NCBI GenBank assembly: GCA_964453135.1
Contig: CAYVOL010000003.1
Location: 33,976-97,975, forward strand
DNA length: 64,000 bases
Reading direction: 5' to 3'
Source: an uncultured Candidatus Saccharibacteria bacterium
Lineage (GTDB): Bacteria > Patescibacteriota > Minisyncoccia > UBA6257 > UBA9933
Part shown: positions 37,429 to 48,246 of the stretch, in pieces
How the letters are laid out: each line of letters starts with the position of its first letter
Position numbering within the stretch: position 1 is the first letter of the stretch
The notes under the pieces: model-generated
Databases searched by the model: none
What the model saw: only the letters and a program-made list of their open reading frames with translations
Told to the model about the DNA's origin: nothing
Program-made: the position numbers and the translations under genes

Positions 37429-38259
37429 ATGCCTAAAAATTTGAGGGTCGGGTTGGCGGTTTTTGTGTTGATTGCCGGAATAACGGCCACTTATTTTATT
37501 ATTCAAAATTCTTCGGATTCTTCTCTAACAGAAAATCATAACGGAGAAGAAAATAAAACGGAAAATCAAGCAGTGGAGCTTATCCCTGATAATCCCTTGG
37601 ATTCTTCGAACGCAAGCTCAAGCCGGTTTTCCGTTTCAAACGGCAAAACAGCAAAAGCGAATTACAATTTGACCAACTCAATCGCCGAGTCGGTTTTCAA
37701 CAATCTTAATTCATCTGATGTTGTCAGCAAGATTAATAATAAAATTTCTCCCTCAGGCGGTTCATTGCCGAACGTAAATATCAATGATGTTTTGTCCAAA
37801 GCGCAGGCGGATTTGCGGCTTGTTTCAACAGACGACATTAAAGATAATCAACTAAAAATCTCCTCGGATAATTCCGCAAGCGCCAAACGAAAATATTTAA
37901 GCGATATTACCGCAACTCTTACAAATGATCTGAGTAATTTCAATAAAAATTATTTGCAGATAATCGTGGATACTTACCAAAAACTTGATTCTTCTTCAGC
38001 TGAAAAAGCGGCGGATATTTACGGGAAATTGGCGCGAGATTTTATGAATACTAACGTTCCTTCGGATTGGCAGGATGTTCATAAGGCAACCATTGTTTAT
38101 TATAAAAACTCGGAGGTTGTTTATCGGGCAATGGCCGATTATCAGAACGACCCGATAAAAGGTTACGCGGCTCTAGAAATTATTGAACAAGTGGCGGATG
38201 AAGGTTTGGCGGTCCAGCAGCAGCTGGCGGGAAAAGTAAAATTATTAAGCAAACAATAA
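37429..38259 (+). CDS. Hypothetical single-TM exported protein (T4SS-like cluster)
   Basis: N-terminal TM, Ser/Asn-rich linker and a helical domain with VPSDWQDVHK. Confidence 0.7.
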   Translation: MPKNLRVGLAVFVLIAGITATYFIIQNSSDSSLTENHNGEENKTENQAVELIPDNPLDSSNASSSRFSVSNGKTAKANYNLTNSIAESVFNNLNSSDVVSKINNKISPSGGSLPNVNINDVLSKAQADLRLVSTDDIKDNQLKISSDNSASAKRKYLSDITATLTNDLSNFNKNYLQIIVDTYQKLDSSSAEKAADIYGKLARDFMNTNVPSDWQDVHKATIVYYKNSEVVYRAMADYQNDPIKGYAALEIIEQVADEGLAVQQQLAGKVKLLSKQ

Positions 38260-38262
38260 TTT

Positions 38263-39804
38263 ATGTTGGGAAAAAGGCAAAACATAATTTCAGCGTCGTC
38301 AATGATTTTTTTGGCGATTTTTTTGGTTAGCGAAGTAGCGGGCAATATTGTTTTTGTTGAGCAGGCGCAAGCGCAGACGTCAACGGGAAGCATAGCGGGG
38401 AAAGCTATTGCCGCGGGAACGGCTTGTTTTTTAAGCACGAAAGTAGAAGATTTGGCAGTCGGGCTTATTACTAAACTCCCTCTATTCGGAGAAGATGCTT
38501 CAGAAATGCCTAGTCATCCTTACGCTGTTCCGAGTGTTAGTGTTAATTTGCCAAGCGAAATTGGCAAAGTCCAAACCTCCAATGCTTTGATGAAATCCAA
38601 AGACTGCATCCGCGATGTTTTGGCGAAAATTCTTTTAGATTGGATAACCAACGAAACCGTTAACTGGATTTCCGGTGGAGGAAAGCCGGGGTTTGTCACC
38701 AACTGGAAAAATTTCTCCAACGACGCTTTTAACGCCGGCATAGGGGAGCTTATTTTTGACGACGCGAATTTCCGATCTCTTTGTTCCCCGTTTTCTTATC
38801 AGGTGCGGCTTAGTCTTTTGCCGGTTCAGCATTTCTTCGGCGACCAGATAAGATGCACGCTTGATCAGGTAACGAACAATATCCAGAATTTTTACGATGA
38901 CTTCCGAAACGGAGGATGGGTCACGTATGTTCAGATGGCGCGGCCGGAAAACGATTATTTCGGAGTGATGATGATGATTCAAGACGAGGCTTTGCGCCGC
39001 GCGTGGGCGGAGCAAAGAGCCAAAGAAAACGAAGCTTTGGCCGGAAAAGGATTTTTGTCGGTGAAGCAGTGCGAAGAGTGGGATCCTAACGACAAAACCA
39101 AATGTATTAAAGAATCAATTGTTACTCCCGGAGACGCGGTGGGGCAGACTGTTGGCGCCGCCATTACCTCGGACGTCCAATGGTCCGCCAATATCAAATC
39201 CTGGGTAGCGGCTTTGGTTAACGCGGCTCTTAACCGTCTTTTGAAAGAGGGTTTGGCGCAGATTAAAGGCGGAAGCAGTTCCAGCGGATTTTATTTCACC
39301 AACAGCTCGCCAAGAAATTACTATTACGGGTCAGGCGGAAATTATAATCCGATGGTCGGTTATCAGTATCAAGCCAAAACGGATTTGACTGACGGAATGC
39401 AGAAAGTTTTTGATGACTTGACGGTGATCAAGGGCGACAAGCAGTCAACGTTGTCTTATGCCAGCTCTACTTTACAAACTCTGACAGCTCTTCAGGCGGG
39501 GAATTGCCAGCCGCCGGTTTCCGCCGCCGATATTTCCGACGCGCAGAAGAAAGTTCAGACTTTAACCAACGACTTGGCGAGCATTGAAAATTTGAGAATA
39601 AAAATCAACCAGTTTATTCAGTACATAGAGAGTCTTACGGACAGTCAATTTACTCAGCAGTTTTCCAGTTTGCAGAGTCAGTTCAATGATTTAAGTTCTC
39701 AGGCTTCCACTTTCGGAGATACTTATCAATCAGAGGCGGCTTTGTCCCAAGCCGAAGCGGATAACGCCGCGGCAAAGACACGAGCGCAAACGTGCGGAAT
39801 ATAA
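38263..39804 (+). CDS. Hypothetical secreted protein with Cys residues and C-terminal coiled coil (T4SS-like cluster)
   Basis: Signal peptide ending AQA|Q; ITNETVNWISGG...FVTNW, GGW and GKGFLSVKQC...IVTPG motifs. Confidence 0.72.
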   Translation: MLGKRQNIISASSMIFLAIFLVSEVAGNIVFVEQAQAQTSTGSIAGKAIAAGTACFLSTKVEDLAVGLITKLPLFGEDASEMPSHPYAVPSVSVNLPSEIGKVQTSNALMKSKDCIRDVLAKILLDWITNETVNWISGGGKPGFVTNWKNFSNDAFNAGIGELIFDDANFRSLCSPFSYQVRLSLLPVQHFFGDQIRCTLDQVTNNIQNFYDDFRNGGWVTYVQMARPENDYFGVMMMIQDEALRRAWAEQRAKENEALAGKGFLSVKQCEEWDPNDKTKCIKESIVTPGDAVGQTVGAAITSDVQWSANIKSWVAALVNAALNRLLKEGLAQIKGGSSSSGFYFTNSSPRNYYYGSGGNYNPMVGYQYQAKTDLTDGMQKVFDDLTVIKGDKQSTLSYASSTLQTLTALQAGNCQPPVSAADISDAQKKVQTLTNDLASIENLRIKINQFIQYIESLTDSQFTQQFSSLQSQFNDLSSQASTFGDTYQSEAALSQAEADNAAAKTRAQTCGI

Positions 39805-39809
39805 TAAAA

Positions 39810-42197
39810 ATGTTTTCATCGCATAAAAAATTTATTTTGTCGCTTATTTTGATGGGGGCGGTTTTTGGAGTTGTTTTTGGCAGCGCGGGAGTTGGTTTGA
39901 CGTTGGCGGCGCCGGGCGACGGCAACGGCGGTTTGGGGGCCGGGATGTATAGCGGGTCTGGCGCCGCCGCTGGCACATGGAGCGGCAATCCTACGCCAAA
40001 CATCCAAAATCCAAGCGCAACAAATGAGCAGCTTAATCCTAATGGCACGACGAATGCCGAGAAAGCAACTACATTTGCGGTGGAGGCTTCGTTTTTTAAG
40101 TGGATATTACAAATAATATTAGGAGTTGTGGCGTCTTTTGTTCAGTGGGCGATGGATTTAAGTCAGAATTTAGACAAAATTACGGCTATCCAAGACGCTT
40201 GGAGAGTGTTTTTGAATTTGGCTGACCTAGGTTTTATTGTGGCTCTGATTGTTATTGCTTTCGCTACCATAATTCACTACGAAAACTACGCTATGAAGAA
40301 TACTCTATGGAAATTGATTGTGGCGGCGCTTTTAGTAAATTTCAGTTTTACCATCGGGATGTCTTTCATCCAGCTTTCTAACGCTGTTAGCGGATTTTTG
40401 ATTAGTAATATCACTAAAGATAAGGGAGGATTGGCGAATAGTTTAGGAACAATGATGTCTGTAAACAGGTTGTCCGAAAATGCCATTAGCAAAGATCCTG
40501 GTATCATTGCGTCTATTTGGAATGCGGGGAAAATGATCGCTGATGTACTTACAAATCCCCACAGGGTTCTCCTTAACGCCATTTTTATGATCATTTTTGT
40601 CATTCTTATGCTTTTAACCTTTTTTACTTTATTTGTTATGTTGTTGGTGCGATTTGTACATTTGGCTATATTGTTGATTTGGTCTCCCATTGCCTGGTTT
40701 TGTTGGATTTTCCCTTATACTGATAGCCATTGGAAAAAATGGTGGCGTGATATGTTGAAATGGAATATTTTTTTGCCCGCTGTATTATTGTGGATTTATG
40801 TGGCGCAATTGGTAGCAAATAATGTTAATGATTTGTCTATAAGTAAATCAGGGTTTGGAAGTTCTCAGGCAGATACAATGGCAAGCGTGGCGACCGAGGC
40901 TGTTTTGGGAGCGGATTTCTTTAGTTATGCCGCAAAAATAGTGTTGATTTGCGGGTTTATCGTAATGGGTATGATAGCGGCTTATGAGACGGGCATCGCG
41001 GGAGGAAAAATTGCCTATAACCGAGCTGAGGCGATGAAGAATTGGAGCGTTAATAAATCTAAAGGCAAGGCGAAAGAATGGGGATGGAGAGCCGGACGAG
41101 GCGCCGTAGGTGGAGAATGGGTTAAGAAAAAGGCGGGTGAGTTATCTCAAGCGGAAGGAAGGGGCATTAAAAAGCCTTGGGCTTTTGTTCAAAAGCAGTT
41201 AGCCAAGGGATTAAACAGAATGGGAGCGGCCACGGAAGCAGGCGTGAAGAAAGCTACTGACGATAAAGAATATCGCAAATATGTCAGCAGTTTGGATAAA
41301 ACTCGGCAGCAGATTGAATTGCAAAGCATGAGCGGAAGGAAACTGGCTATTGCCGTGGAAGAGTTAAGTAAGTCCGGCAAATTGGATTACGACGGTAAAT
41401 TTACCGTTAAACTTCGGGAAGATCCTGAATTGTTAAAGCGAATGGAGGGTGATTTCAATAGGTTTAAATTAGATGACAAGATGCTTTTGCAAGCCGCGGG
41501 GTTTAGAAATTCCAGTTTGATGGAATTGGAACAAGATCCTGAATATCAAAGAGCCAGGAATTATCGCGCAGCCCAGCAATTAGAGCAAGAAGCGGTAGAA
41601 GCTGAATCGCGGGGAGATTTGGGAGAAGCCAGAGCTAAAACGGCCAAGCGCAATATGATTATGGATGAATTAGATATGACGAAGTTTGATACAACGAAAG
41701 TAGATCAGATAATTGAAGAACATGACAACAAACTCTCTGATATTCAGAAGAAGTTTTCTAACGCGGATATCAGCAAGAATAAAGCAGTTCAAGATTTGTT
41801 TAAGGAAAAACCCGCGGTTGGCGCTGTGTTGGGAACCGATGTTATTATCGGAATGCGGCAGGCGTTTGTGGATGCGTTGAGCCAGGCGGATAAAATCGAC
41901 GTTTTGAATTCAATGCCTTCCAATATGAACAGTCACCAAGTTCGCCAGTTGAATGTTGCTATGGAAAATACCATCAAGAATCTTGAAGCTTTAGCGGAGC
42001 AAGCGAAGAAAGCGAAGGATGTAAGGAAAGAGGAGGAATATAGAGAAAGGATTAAACGAATGCAAAAAGCTAGAGATAGGTCATTGGGCAGGGCGCTTCT
42101 TGGCGCTGCAGAGACCAAAAAGAAAAAAGGAGGAGGAGAAGATGAGGATGAAGATGATGAGAAAGAGGAGAAGGGGAAAAAGGAAGAGAAAAAATAA
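39810..42197 (+). CDS. VirB6/TrbL-like polytopic membrane protein with charged C-terminal tail
   Basis: AWRVFLNLADLGFIVALIVIAFATI...LIVAALLVNFS...RFVHLAILLIWSPIAW...WKKWW; 6-7 TMs; located upstream of prgI and virB4. Confidence 0.7.
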   Translation: MFSSHKKFILSLILMGAVFGVVFGSAGVGLTLAAPGDGNGGLGAGMYSGSGAAAGTWSGNPTPNIQNPSATNEQLNPNGTTNAEKATTFAVEASFFKWILQIILGVVASFVQWAMDLSQNLDKITAIQDAWRVFLNLADLGFIVALIVIAFATIIHYENYAMKNTLWKLIVAALLVNFSFTIGMSFIQLSNAVSGFLISNITKDKGGLANSLGTMMSVNRLSENAISKDPGIIASIWNAGKMIADVLTNPHRVLLNAIFMIIFVILMLLTFFTLFVMLLVRFVHLAILLIWSPIAWFCWIFPYTDSHWKKWWRDMLKWNIFLPAVLLWIYVAQLVANNVNDLSISKSGFGSSQADTMASVATEAVLGADFFSYAAKIVLICGFIVMGMIAAYETGIAGGKIAYNRAEAMKNWSVNKSKGKAKEWGWRAGRGAVGGEWVKKKAGELSQAEGRGIKKPWAFVQKQLAKGLNRMGAATEAGVKKATDDKEYRKYVSSLDKTRQQIELQSMSGRKLAIAVEELSKSGKLDYDGKFTVKLREDPELLKRMEGDFNRFKLDDKMLLQAAGFRNSSLMELEQDPEYQRARNYRAAQQLEQEAVEAESRGDLGEARAKTAKRNMIMDELDMTKFDTTKVDQIIEEHDNKLSDIQKKFSNADISKNKAVQDLFKEKPAVGAVLGTDVIIGMRQAFVDALSQADKIDVLNSMPSNMNSHQVRQLNVAMENTIKNLEALAEQAKKAKDVRKEEEYRERIKRMQKARDRSLGRALLGAAETKKKKGGGEDEDEDDEKEEKGKKEEKK

Positions 42198-42202
42198 AAA
42201 AT

Positions 42203-43903
42203 ATGTTAACAATTTCCCAGCAACAAATTGATAATCGTTATGATTCTCTTCCCGCTGTTTTGAAGGAGGCGCTTTTTTCCACTGACAACGCGGATTCGTT
42301 GTGGAACATTGGCGATGGCAATCATCTTTCTGATGACAAAAAATCAGATTTAGCCGGAATTGTGGGCAACGTGATTTTGGGATTTATTCACCCTGATGAT
42401 TTAGCCAAAGAAATAGCCGCTGACTTGATGATTGATAATCGCTTAGCTCAGCAGTTGTCGGAAGAGGTTAATAAAAAAATAATTTCGCCGGTTCGCTCGG
42501 AAGTTGAAAAAATTTATCGGTCGCCCTCAGCCGGCGCCGCGTCTGATTTATCATTAAAAATTCCGCTAAGGGAAATGAAAGAGCAAGAAGAATCGCCCGT
42601 TGTTTCGGAGAGCCCGAAGGAAATATTGACAGGGGAGAAACCGAAAGTTTTGGATGTTTCCGCGCCGGCTGTTTTTTCTTTGTCTCCTGATTCTAATGAG
42701 AGAGCGCCGGAAGGAACGGGAGGGTTTCTAAAAACTAAACCAAAAACAGGAGAAGAGTTGAGATCTGAGCTGGGAGTAGTGTCGGACGCTAAACTAGAGG
42801 CAATAGAGAAAGTAGAAGAATTTGTCGCCAAAGAGCCAATCAGAGAATTTAAGCCGGAAAAAGCGGAGCCGGTAAAAATAGAAGAAGCGCCCACTATTAT
42901 TCACGAAGAAGCTGAAATAAAACAAACTGTAAATACCAAGCCGTATATCAGCGGAATTTTCGGATTTTTGAAACGCAAGCGTCCAACAATCACCGAACAG
43001 GTAAAAATAACAGCCACGATTAATCCGGAGGAAGAAAGTCCGCAAAATATATCCCAGAAATTGCCGGCAGAAAAAGAAGAAAAAGAAAAAACAATTCCCT
43101 CCGATAGTTCTTATGAAAGCGGCCAATTAAAGACAGAAGCAGGGAAGAATCAAGAGGAGGGACATCAGTTGTTTTCCATAGAAGATATTATTTCCGCTAG
43201 AAAGGAGACGAAAGAGAGGGAAGAACAAGAAAAGATTATTGAAGAGCAGGTATTGGAAAATCAACCAAGCGGCGCGGCGGCAGAGTTGTCTCAGGCGTCT
43301 CAATCTCCTAAAACACTGGAAACGCCGGTTGAAATTCCTTTTGAAATTCCTTCGGCAAATGAGTTTTTAGCATCGCCTTCGCCAGTTCCTCCCTCATCGC
43401 TTTCGTCGTCGGATATTTTGGCGGAAGAGAAATTAGCCATTCAAGAAGAGTCTCAAAAAGAAGAACAGCCAGCGGCGCCAAAAGAACAATTCTTGTCCAA
43501 TGTTTCGGAAGAAAAATTGACAGCTCAAGATGATAAACCGAAAATCCGCGTAGTGCATTACAGCGATTTGAGGACATTGCTGGAAGAATCAGGAGAACAA
43601 GGAAAGCAGGAAAAAATGAACAATGTTTTTCCGGAAGAAAATGAAATAGAAAATAAGAAAGAGATAATTGAGCAAGAAAATAAAGCGGAGAAAATTTTAG
43701 CAGTTAATTTTCCACCGGAAGATAGAAAGGAAAATAAAGAAGATTTAAAGAGCCAGCAAGCGGCGCGGGAAACTTCGCCAGTTAATGCTTCTTCGGCTCC
43801 CGCAGGATCGGCTGAAAAAGATATCCCTGATGTCAATAATATAAAACTGGAAGATTTGCCGGTGGGAGACAATGTTATTGACTTGCGGAAGCTGGAGCAA
43901 TAA
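42203..43903 (+). CDS. Hypothetical protein: folded N-terminal ~105 aa plus long acidic, Pro-rich disordered region
   Basis: N-terminal LP..LKEALFS...VILGFIHP..L; E/K/P/S-rich remainder with short motifs RVVHYSDLRT and NVIDLRK. Confidence 0.75.
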   Translation: MLTISQQQIDNRYDSLPAVLKEALFSTDNADSLWNIGDGNHLSDDKKSDLAGIVGNVILGFIHPDDLAKEIAADLMIDNRLAQQLSEEVNKKIISPVRSEVEKIYRSPSAGAASDLSLKIPLREMKEQEESPVVSESPKEILTGEKPKVLDVSAPAVFSLSPDSNERAPEGTGGFLKTKPKTGEELRSELGVVSDAKLEAIEKVEEFVAKEPIREFKPEKAEPVKIEEAPTIIHEEAEIKQTVNTKPYISGIFGFLKRKRPTITEQVKITATINPEEESPQNISQKLPAEKEEKEKTIPSDSSYESGQLKTEAGKNQEEGHQLFSIEDIISARKETKEREEQEKIIEEQVLENQPSGAAAELSQASQSPKTLETPVEIPFEIPSANEFLASPSPVPPSSLSSSDILAEEKLAIQEESQKEEQPAAPKEQFLSNVSEEKLTAQDDKPKIRVVHYSDLRTLLEESGEQGKQEKMNNVFPEENEIENKKEIIEQENKAEKILAVNFPPEDRKENKEDLKSQQAARETSPVNASSAPAGSAEKDIPDVNNIKLEDLPVGDNVIDLRKLEQ

Positions 43904-44032
43904 ATAAAACTTGAATCTTAAAACTCAAATCTTGAATTTTAAAATCACAACGAGAACTCTAAACTTGGAAATTCAGTCACAGATATTTTTTAATAGAGAT
44001 TTTGGGTTTTCTTTCTCTAGTTTTGTTATTTT

Positions 44033-44548
44033 ATGCAGTTTCAAACTCCTCAATTTATTGAAATAGAAGATAAGATTTGGGGACCTTTTTCTTTAAGGGA
44101 GCTTTTGTATTTAATCGCCGGAGGGGCGGTTAGTTTATTTGCTTTTTATTTATTTAAATTCTGGCTGGCGGCCGTTACCACCGCGCTGGCGGCTTCTTTA
44201 AGTTTGTCTTTCGCTCTAATCAGGTATAACGGTCAGCCTTTTCATAGGCTCGTCTTTTCCGTTTTTTATTATTTTTGGCATCCGCGTTTTTATTTGTGGC
44301 AAAGGCAGATACAGGAGAAAACCATTGATATTCCGGAATTTTCCGTTTTGAACAAGCGTAAGACCTTGAAAGAACTGGCCAGCGAAATGCCGTCCGTAAA
44401 GCAGTTGTGGATGCAGATGATGACGGCTAAGAATCCCATTCCGGCGCGGGAAAAAGCCGTCAACATTGATCGCATCACCGACAGATTTTCTTTATTTAGG
44501 AAATTAAGTGGAGAGAGAGAGGTGGCGAGAAGAATTGATTATCGTTGA
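44033..44548 (+). CDS. PrgI-family protein (VirB3-like)
   Basis: MQFQTPQFIEIEDKIWGPFSLRE, two TMs and YNGQPF...PRFYLW. Confidence 0.85.
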   Translation: MQFQTPQFIEIEDKIWGPFSLRELLYLIAGGAVSLFAFYLFKFWLAAVTTALAASLSLSFALIRYNGQPFHRLVFSVFYYFWHPRFYLWQRQIQEKTIDIPEFSVLNKRKTLKELASEMPSVKQLWMQMMTAKNPIPAREKAVNIDRITDRFSLFRKLSGEREVARRIDYR

Positions 44549-44607
44549 TTGGTGGCAAGAATCCGTTGGATTGGTTATTATAGTTTGATAGGGTAAATAA
44601 TTTTATT

Positions 44608-45267
44608 ATGCCTAAAGAATCACAGCCTACGCAACAATTTGTAGACATAGAAGAAATCCGAAACGGAATAGTCGTTTTGAAAAACGGAAGTTTGCGCCGC
44701 GTTCTGCTTGTTTCGGGAATTAATTTTGAGTTAAAATCGGAAGAAGAAAAAAACGCCGTTCTGGGCGCTTACCAGAATTTTCTAAATTCTTTGGATTTTT
44801 CTTTGCAAATCGTCGTCCATTCCCGGAAGTTTAATATAGAAAAGTATATTAAAAATGTGGAAAGTCGCTTGGAACAGGAGGGGCACGAGTTGATAAGAGA
44901 ACAGACCACGGAGTATTTGAATTTCATCAAATCGTTCGTTCAGGACAACGCTATAATGTCCAAGAATTTTTTTGTGATAGTGCCTTACGAATCCATCTCT
45001 TTGAAAGAAGCCGCCGGATTTTTGGGAAACATCCCGTTTTTAGGCAATAAGAAGAATGCCAAAAAAGAAGCGGCGAAAGCGAGAGAAACTATCGCGGAAA
45101 AAACAATCCAGCTGGACCAGCGGACAGAGGCTGTTATCAACGGATTGGTGAGCGTCGGGTTGAGAGCCATTATCCTGGACGATGAAGAACTTATTGAATT
45201 GTTTTATAATTTATACAATCCTCAGTCTACGGAGAAAAAAGAATTGAAAATCGCCAAACAGCAATAA
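44608..45267 (+). CDS. TraC/VirB4 N-terminal-like accessory protein
   Basis: VSGINFELKSEEE...YQNFLNSLDFSLQIVVHSRK...KNFFVIVPY; sits between prgI and virB4. Confidence 0.75.
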   Translation: MPKESQPTQQFVDIEEIRNGIVVLKNGSLRRVLLVSGINFELKSEEEKNAVLGAYQNFLNSLDFSLQIVVHSRKFNIEKYIKNVESRLEQEGHELIREQTTEYLNFIKSFVQDNAIMSKNFFVIVPYESISLKEAAGFLGNIPFLGNKKNAKKEAAKARETIAEKTIQLDQRTEAVINGLVSVGLRAIILDDEELIELFYNLYNPQSTEKKELKIAKQQ

Positions 45268-47013
45268 ATGGAACAAGTTAAAATACCGCAAGCCTATACT
45301 CCCGGAGAGCGCGATGTAGAAAATATTATCGCGCCGGCCGCTATAGAAATTAATCCCAACTACCTACGCTTGGGGGATATTTTTTCCAAAACTCTTTTTC
45401 TTTTCACTTATCCGCGCTATCTGGCAAGCGGCTGGTTTGATTCTTTGGTGAATATGCCTGAGCTTCTTGATTTGGCAATTTTTGTCCATCCTATTGATAC
45501 GGCGGAAGCTTTGAAAAAACTGCGCAGAAAAGTTACGGAAATTGAGGCGCAGTTGGCGGAACGGGCGGATAAGGGAATGGTGCGCGACCCGCAATTGGAA
45601 ACAGCCTACACTGACGTGGAAAATTTAAGAGACCAGCTTCAGCAGGCGCAGGAAAGATTGTTTGATGTTAGCGTGTATATCACCATTTACGCCAATTCGC
45701 TGGAAGAACTTAACGCCGCGGAAGAAAAATTGGTGAATCTGCTGGACAGCCAGCTGATTTACGCCAAGCCCACGATGTTCCAGCATATTGACGGATTTAT
45801 TTCCACTTTGCCTTTGGCGCAGGACAAACTTTTTATCCATACTCCTTTTAACACCCAGCCGCTTTCTTCTTTTTTCCCTTTTGTTTCGGCAGACCTTACT
45901 TCTGAGGAAGGAATTTTATACGGCGTCAACGAGCATGATAATTCGCTGGTGATTTTTGACCGTTTTTCTCTGGAAAATTACAATCAGGTTATTTTTGCTA
46001 AAGCCGGCGCGGGAAAATCATTTACCGCGAAGGTGGAAATTTTAAGGTCTCTGATGTCGGACATAGACGTTTTGGTTATTGATCCGGAAAACGAATATCA
46101 GCGCTTGGCGGATTCCATGGGAGGAAGCGTAGTGAAAATTTCTCTTACTTCCAAGACATCCATTAACCCTTTGGATATCCCTATTGTTCCTAAAGGGGAA
46201 GACCCGGCCGATGTTTTTAAGTCGCATATTTTGAATTTAGTGGGCCTTTTGAAATTGATGCTGGGGGAGATTACTCCCGAAGAGGACGCTATTTTGGACC
46301 GCGCTATTGCCGAAACTTATTTTTCCCGGGGCATTACCGCTGACGTGAAAGATTTTTCCAAGCTGGAGCCGCCGCTTTTGGAAGATTTAGAGACGGTTTT
46401 AAATAATATTGAAGGAGGAAAGAGCATGGCGTCCCGTCTTTATAAATACACCAAAGGAACTTACGCCGGTTTTGCCAACCGTCCTACCAATGTAGAGGTG
46501 AATAACAGAATGGTTGTTTTTGAAATCCGCGATTTGGAAGAAGAACTGCGTCCGATGGCGATGTATATCGTGCTTAATTTCGTGTGGAATTTAATCCGTT
46601 CGCAGCTGAAAAAACGGATTATGATTATTGACGAGGCTTGGTGGATGATGAAATATCCGGACAGCGCCGCTTTTCTTTTTAGCTTGGCGAAAAGATGCCG
46701 CAAGTATTATCTGGGGCTGACCACCATCACCCAGAACGTGGAGGATTTTCTCAATTCTCCTTACGGCCACCCGATTATCACCAACTCCTCTTTGCAGTTG
46801 TTGTTGAAACAGGCGCCGGCCGCGGCGGACATTATCACGCGCACTTTCAGCTTGAGCGAAACGGAAAAAAACTTTTTGCTTCAGGCGGAAGTAGGTGAAG
46901 GAATATTCTTGGTGGGGTTAAAGCACGTGGTTTTGAAAATTTTAGCTTCTTATTTTGAAGAGCGCATCATTACCACCAATCCGGAAGAATTATTGGAGAT
47001 GGGGGAGGGATAA
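45268..47013 (+). CDS. virB4: VirB4-like type IV secretion ATPase
   Basis: Walker A AKAGAGKS, VIDPENEY, INPLD, Walker B IIDEAW and RCRKYYLGLTTITQ. Confidence 0.88.
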   Translation: MEQVKIPQAYTPGERDVENIIAPAAIEINPNYLRLGDIFSKTLFLFTYPRYLASGWFDSLVNMPELLDLAIFVHPIDTAEALKKLRRKVTEIEAQLAERADKGMVRDPQLETAYTDVENLRDQLQQAQERLFDVSVYITIYANSLEELNAAEEKLVNLLDSQLIYAKPTMFQHIDGFISTLPLAQDKLFIHTPFNTQPLSSFFPFVSADLTSEEGILYGVNEHDNSLVIFDRFSLENYNQVIFAKAGAGKSFTAKVEILRSLMSDIDVLVIDPENEYQRLADSMGGSVVKISLTSKTSINPLDIPIVPKGEDPADVFKSHILNLVGLLKLMLGEITPEEDAILDRAIAETYFSRGITADVKDFSKLEPPLLEDLETVLNNIEGGKSMASRLYKYTKGTYAGFANRPTNVEVNNRMVVFEIRDLEEELRPMAMYIVLNFVWNLIRSQLKKRIMIIDEAWWMMKYPDSAAFLFSLAKRCRKYYLGLTTITQNVEDFLNSPYGHPIITNSSLQLLLKQAPAAADIITRTFSLSETEKNFLLQAEVGEGIFLVGLKHVVLKILASYFEERIITTNPEELLEMGEG

Positions 47014-47017
47014 TTAA

Positions 47018-47425
47018 ATGGAACAATACGAGCAAGACGAAATAGAATATCAGGAAGGAGAAGAAGATGAGGAAAAGGAAGGAATAAGGATTCATTTAGC
47101 CGAGGGTATTTTTATCACTTTGTTGTTGATTACTACTGAAGGCATTGGCGCAATATTGAGTTGGGCGACATTTGCCGGCGCGATTATTTCCGAAGTTATT
47201 AACGGAGCAGTGGGAATAGCCGTGGAAATATATTTATTTTTTAGAGGCGCGCGAGGCGCGAGGCAATTGGCTGTTTTCGGATTGGGTATTTTTATTGACG
47301 AGATGGATGGAGGATTTTTTCCCACGGAAACAATTTTATGGCTTATTACCTGGTATTTGATAAATCATCCTAAAACAATGGAAAAAATGGGACCGGCAGC
47401 TCAAATAGCTGAATTGGGGAAATAG
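47018..47425 (+). CDS. Hypothetical membrane protein
   Basis: Acidic N-terminus and 3-4 hydrophobic segments; co-oriented with virB4. Confidence 0.7.
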   Translation: MEQYEQDEIEYQEGEEDEEKEGIRIHLAEGIFITLLLITTEGIGAILSWATFAGAIISEVINGAVGIAVEIYLFFRGARGARQLAVFGLGIFIDEMDGGFFPTETILWLITWYLINHPKTMEKMGPAAQIAELGK

Positions 47426-47526
47426 AAAAATTTTGATACAATATAGAAAAGAAGTTCAAAATGAAAAATCTAAAAGGCAAAATTTTAATCAAAAATTAAA
47501 AAGTGATTGATGGGGAATAATTTTTA

Positions 47527-48237
47527 ATGAAACTTTATATATTGAAAATCTTTTTTTTGGCATTAATTATTGTATCAGGGGCGTTTCAATCAGCGCGGGC
47601 GCAGTCAGGCCAATCACTTCAACCCGCGCCGGAATTTTTGGCAAGCTGGCAGGCAAATTCTTTCGTTCCCTCCTGGTACGAAGGGAAAATCTTTCCGGTT
47701 TACGGCAGCCGCATTGACGTGAATTTTGAATTGATTGACAATGGGAAAATCGCCGATTTGTCCAAAGAAAAAGTGCGCTGGTATGTCAATGATGATTTGA
47801 TATTGAACGAGAAAAATGGCTTGGGAATAAAAAACTTTTCTTTTGTCAACAACTATTTTTACGGCGGAGAATTGGAAGTAAAAATTTCCATTCCCGAATA
47901 CAAATCGGGATCGCTGATTAAAGTTGTTCATATTCCGGTAAAAACTCCGGAGGTGGCCGTTGAGGCGCCTTATTTCGGGCAAATTCTTAAGCAGGGAAAG
48001 AATCTGGTTTTTGCCTGGCCATTTTTCTTCAGCGCCACAGACTTGAATAATCTGTCGCTGGAGTGGCGCGCGGACGATAAAACTTTGGCGAAAGCAACCG
48101 CTCTTAACCCGAGTTTTTATGTTAATGTTGACGCGGGAGCAGAGTCGGGGAAGAAAATAAATTTGCTGGCGCGTTTCAGTAATTTGAAAAATAATATGGA
48201 GTTTGCCGGCAAGGCGATAATATTAGAGACGCCGTAA
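47527..48237 (+). CDS. Hypothetical exported beta-rich protein
   Basis: Signal peptide ARA|Q; WQANSFVPSWYEGK and AWPFFFS motifs. Confidence 0.7.
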   Translation: MKLYILKIFFLALIIVSGAFQSARAQSGQSLQPAPEFLASWQANSFVPSWYEGKIFPVYGSRIDVNFELIDNGKIADLSKEKVRWYVNDDLILNEKNGLGIKNFSFVNNYFYGGELEVKISIPEYKSGSLIKVVHIPVKTPEVAVEAPYFGQILKQGKNLVFAWPFFFSATDLNNLSLEWRADDKTLAKATALNPSFYVNVDAGAESGKKINLLARFSNLKNNMEFAGKAIILETP

Positions 48238-48246
48238 ACTATAGAA

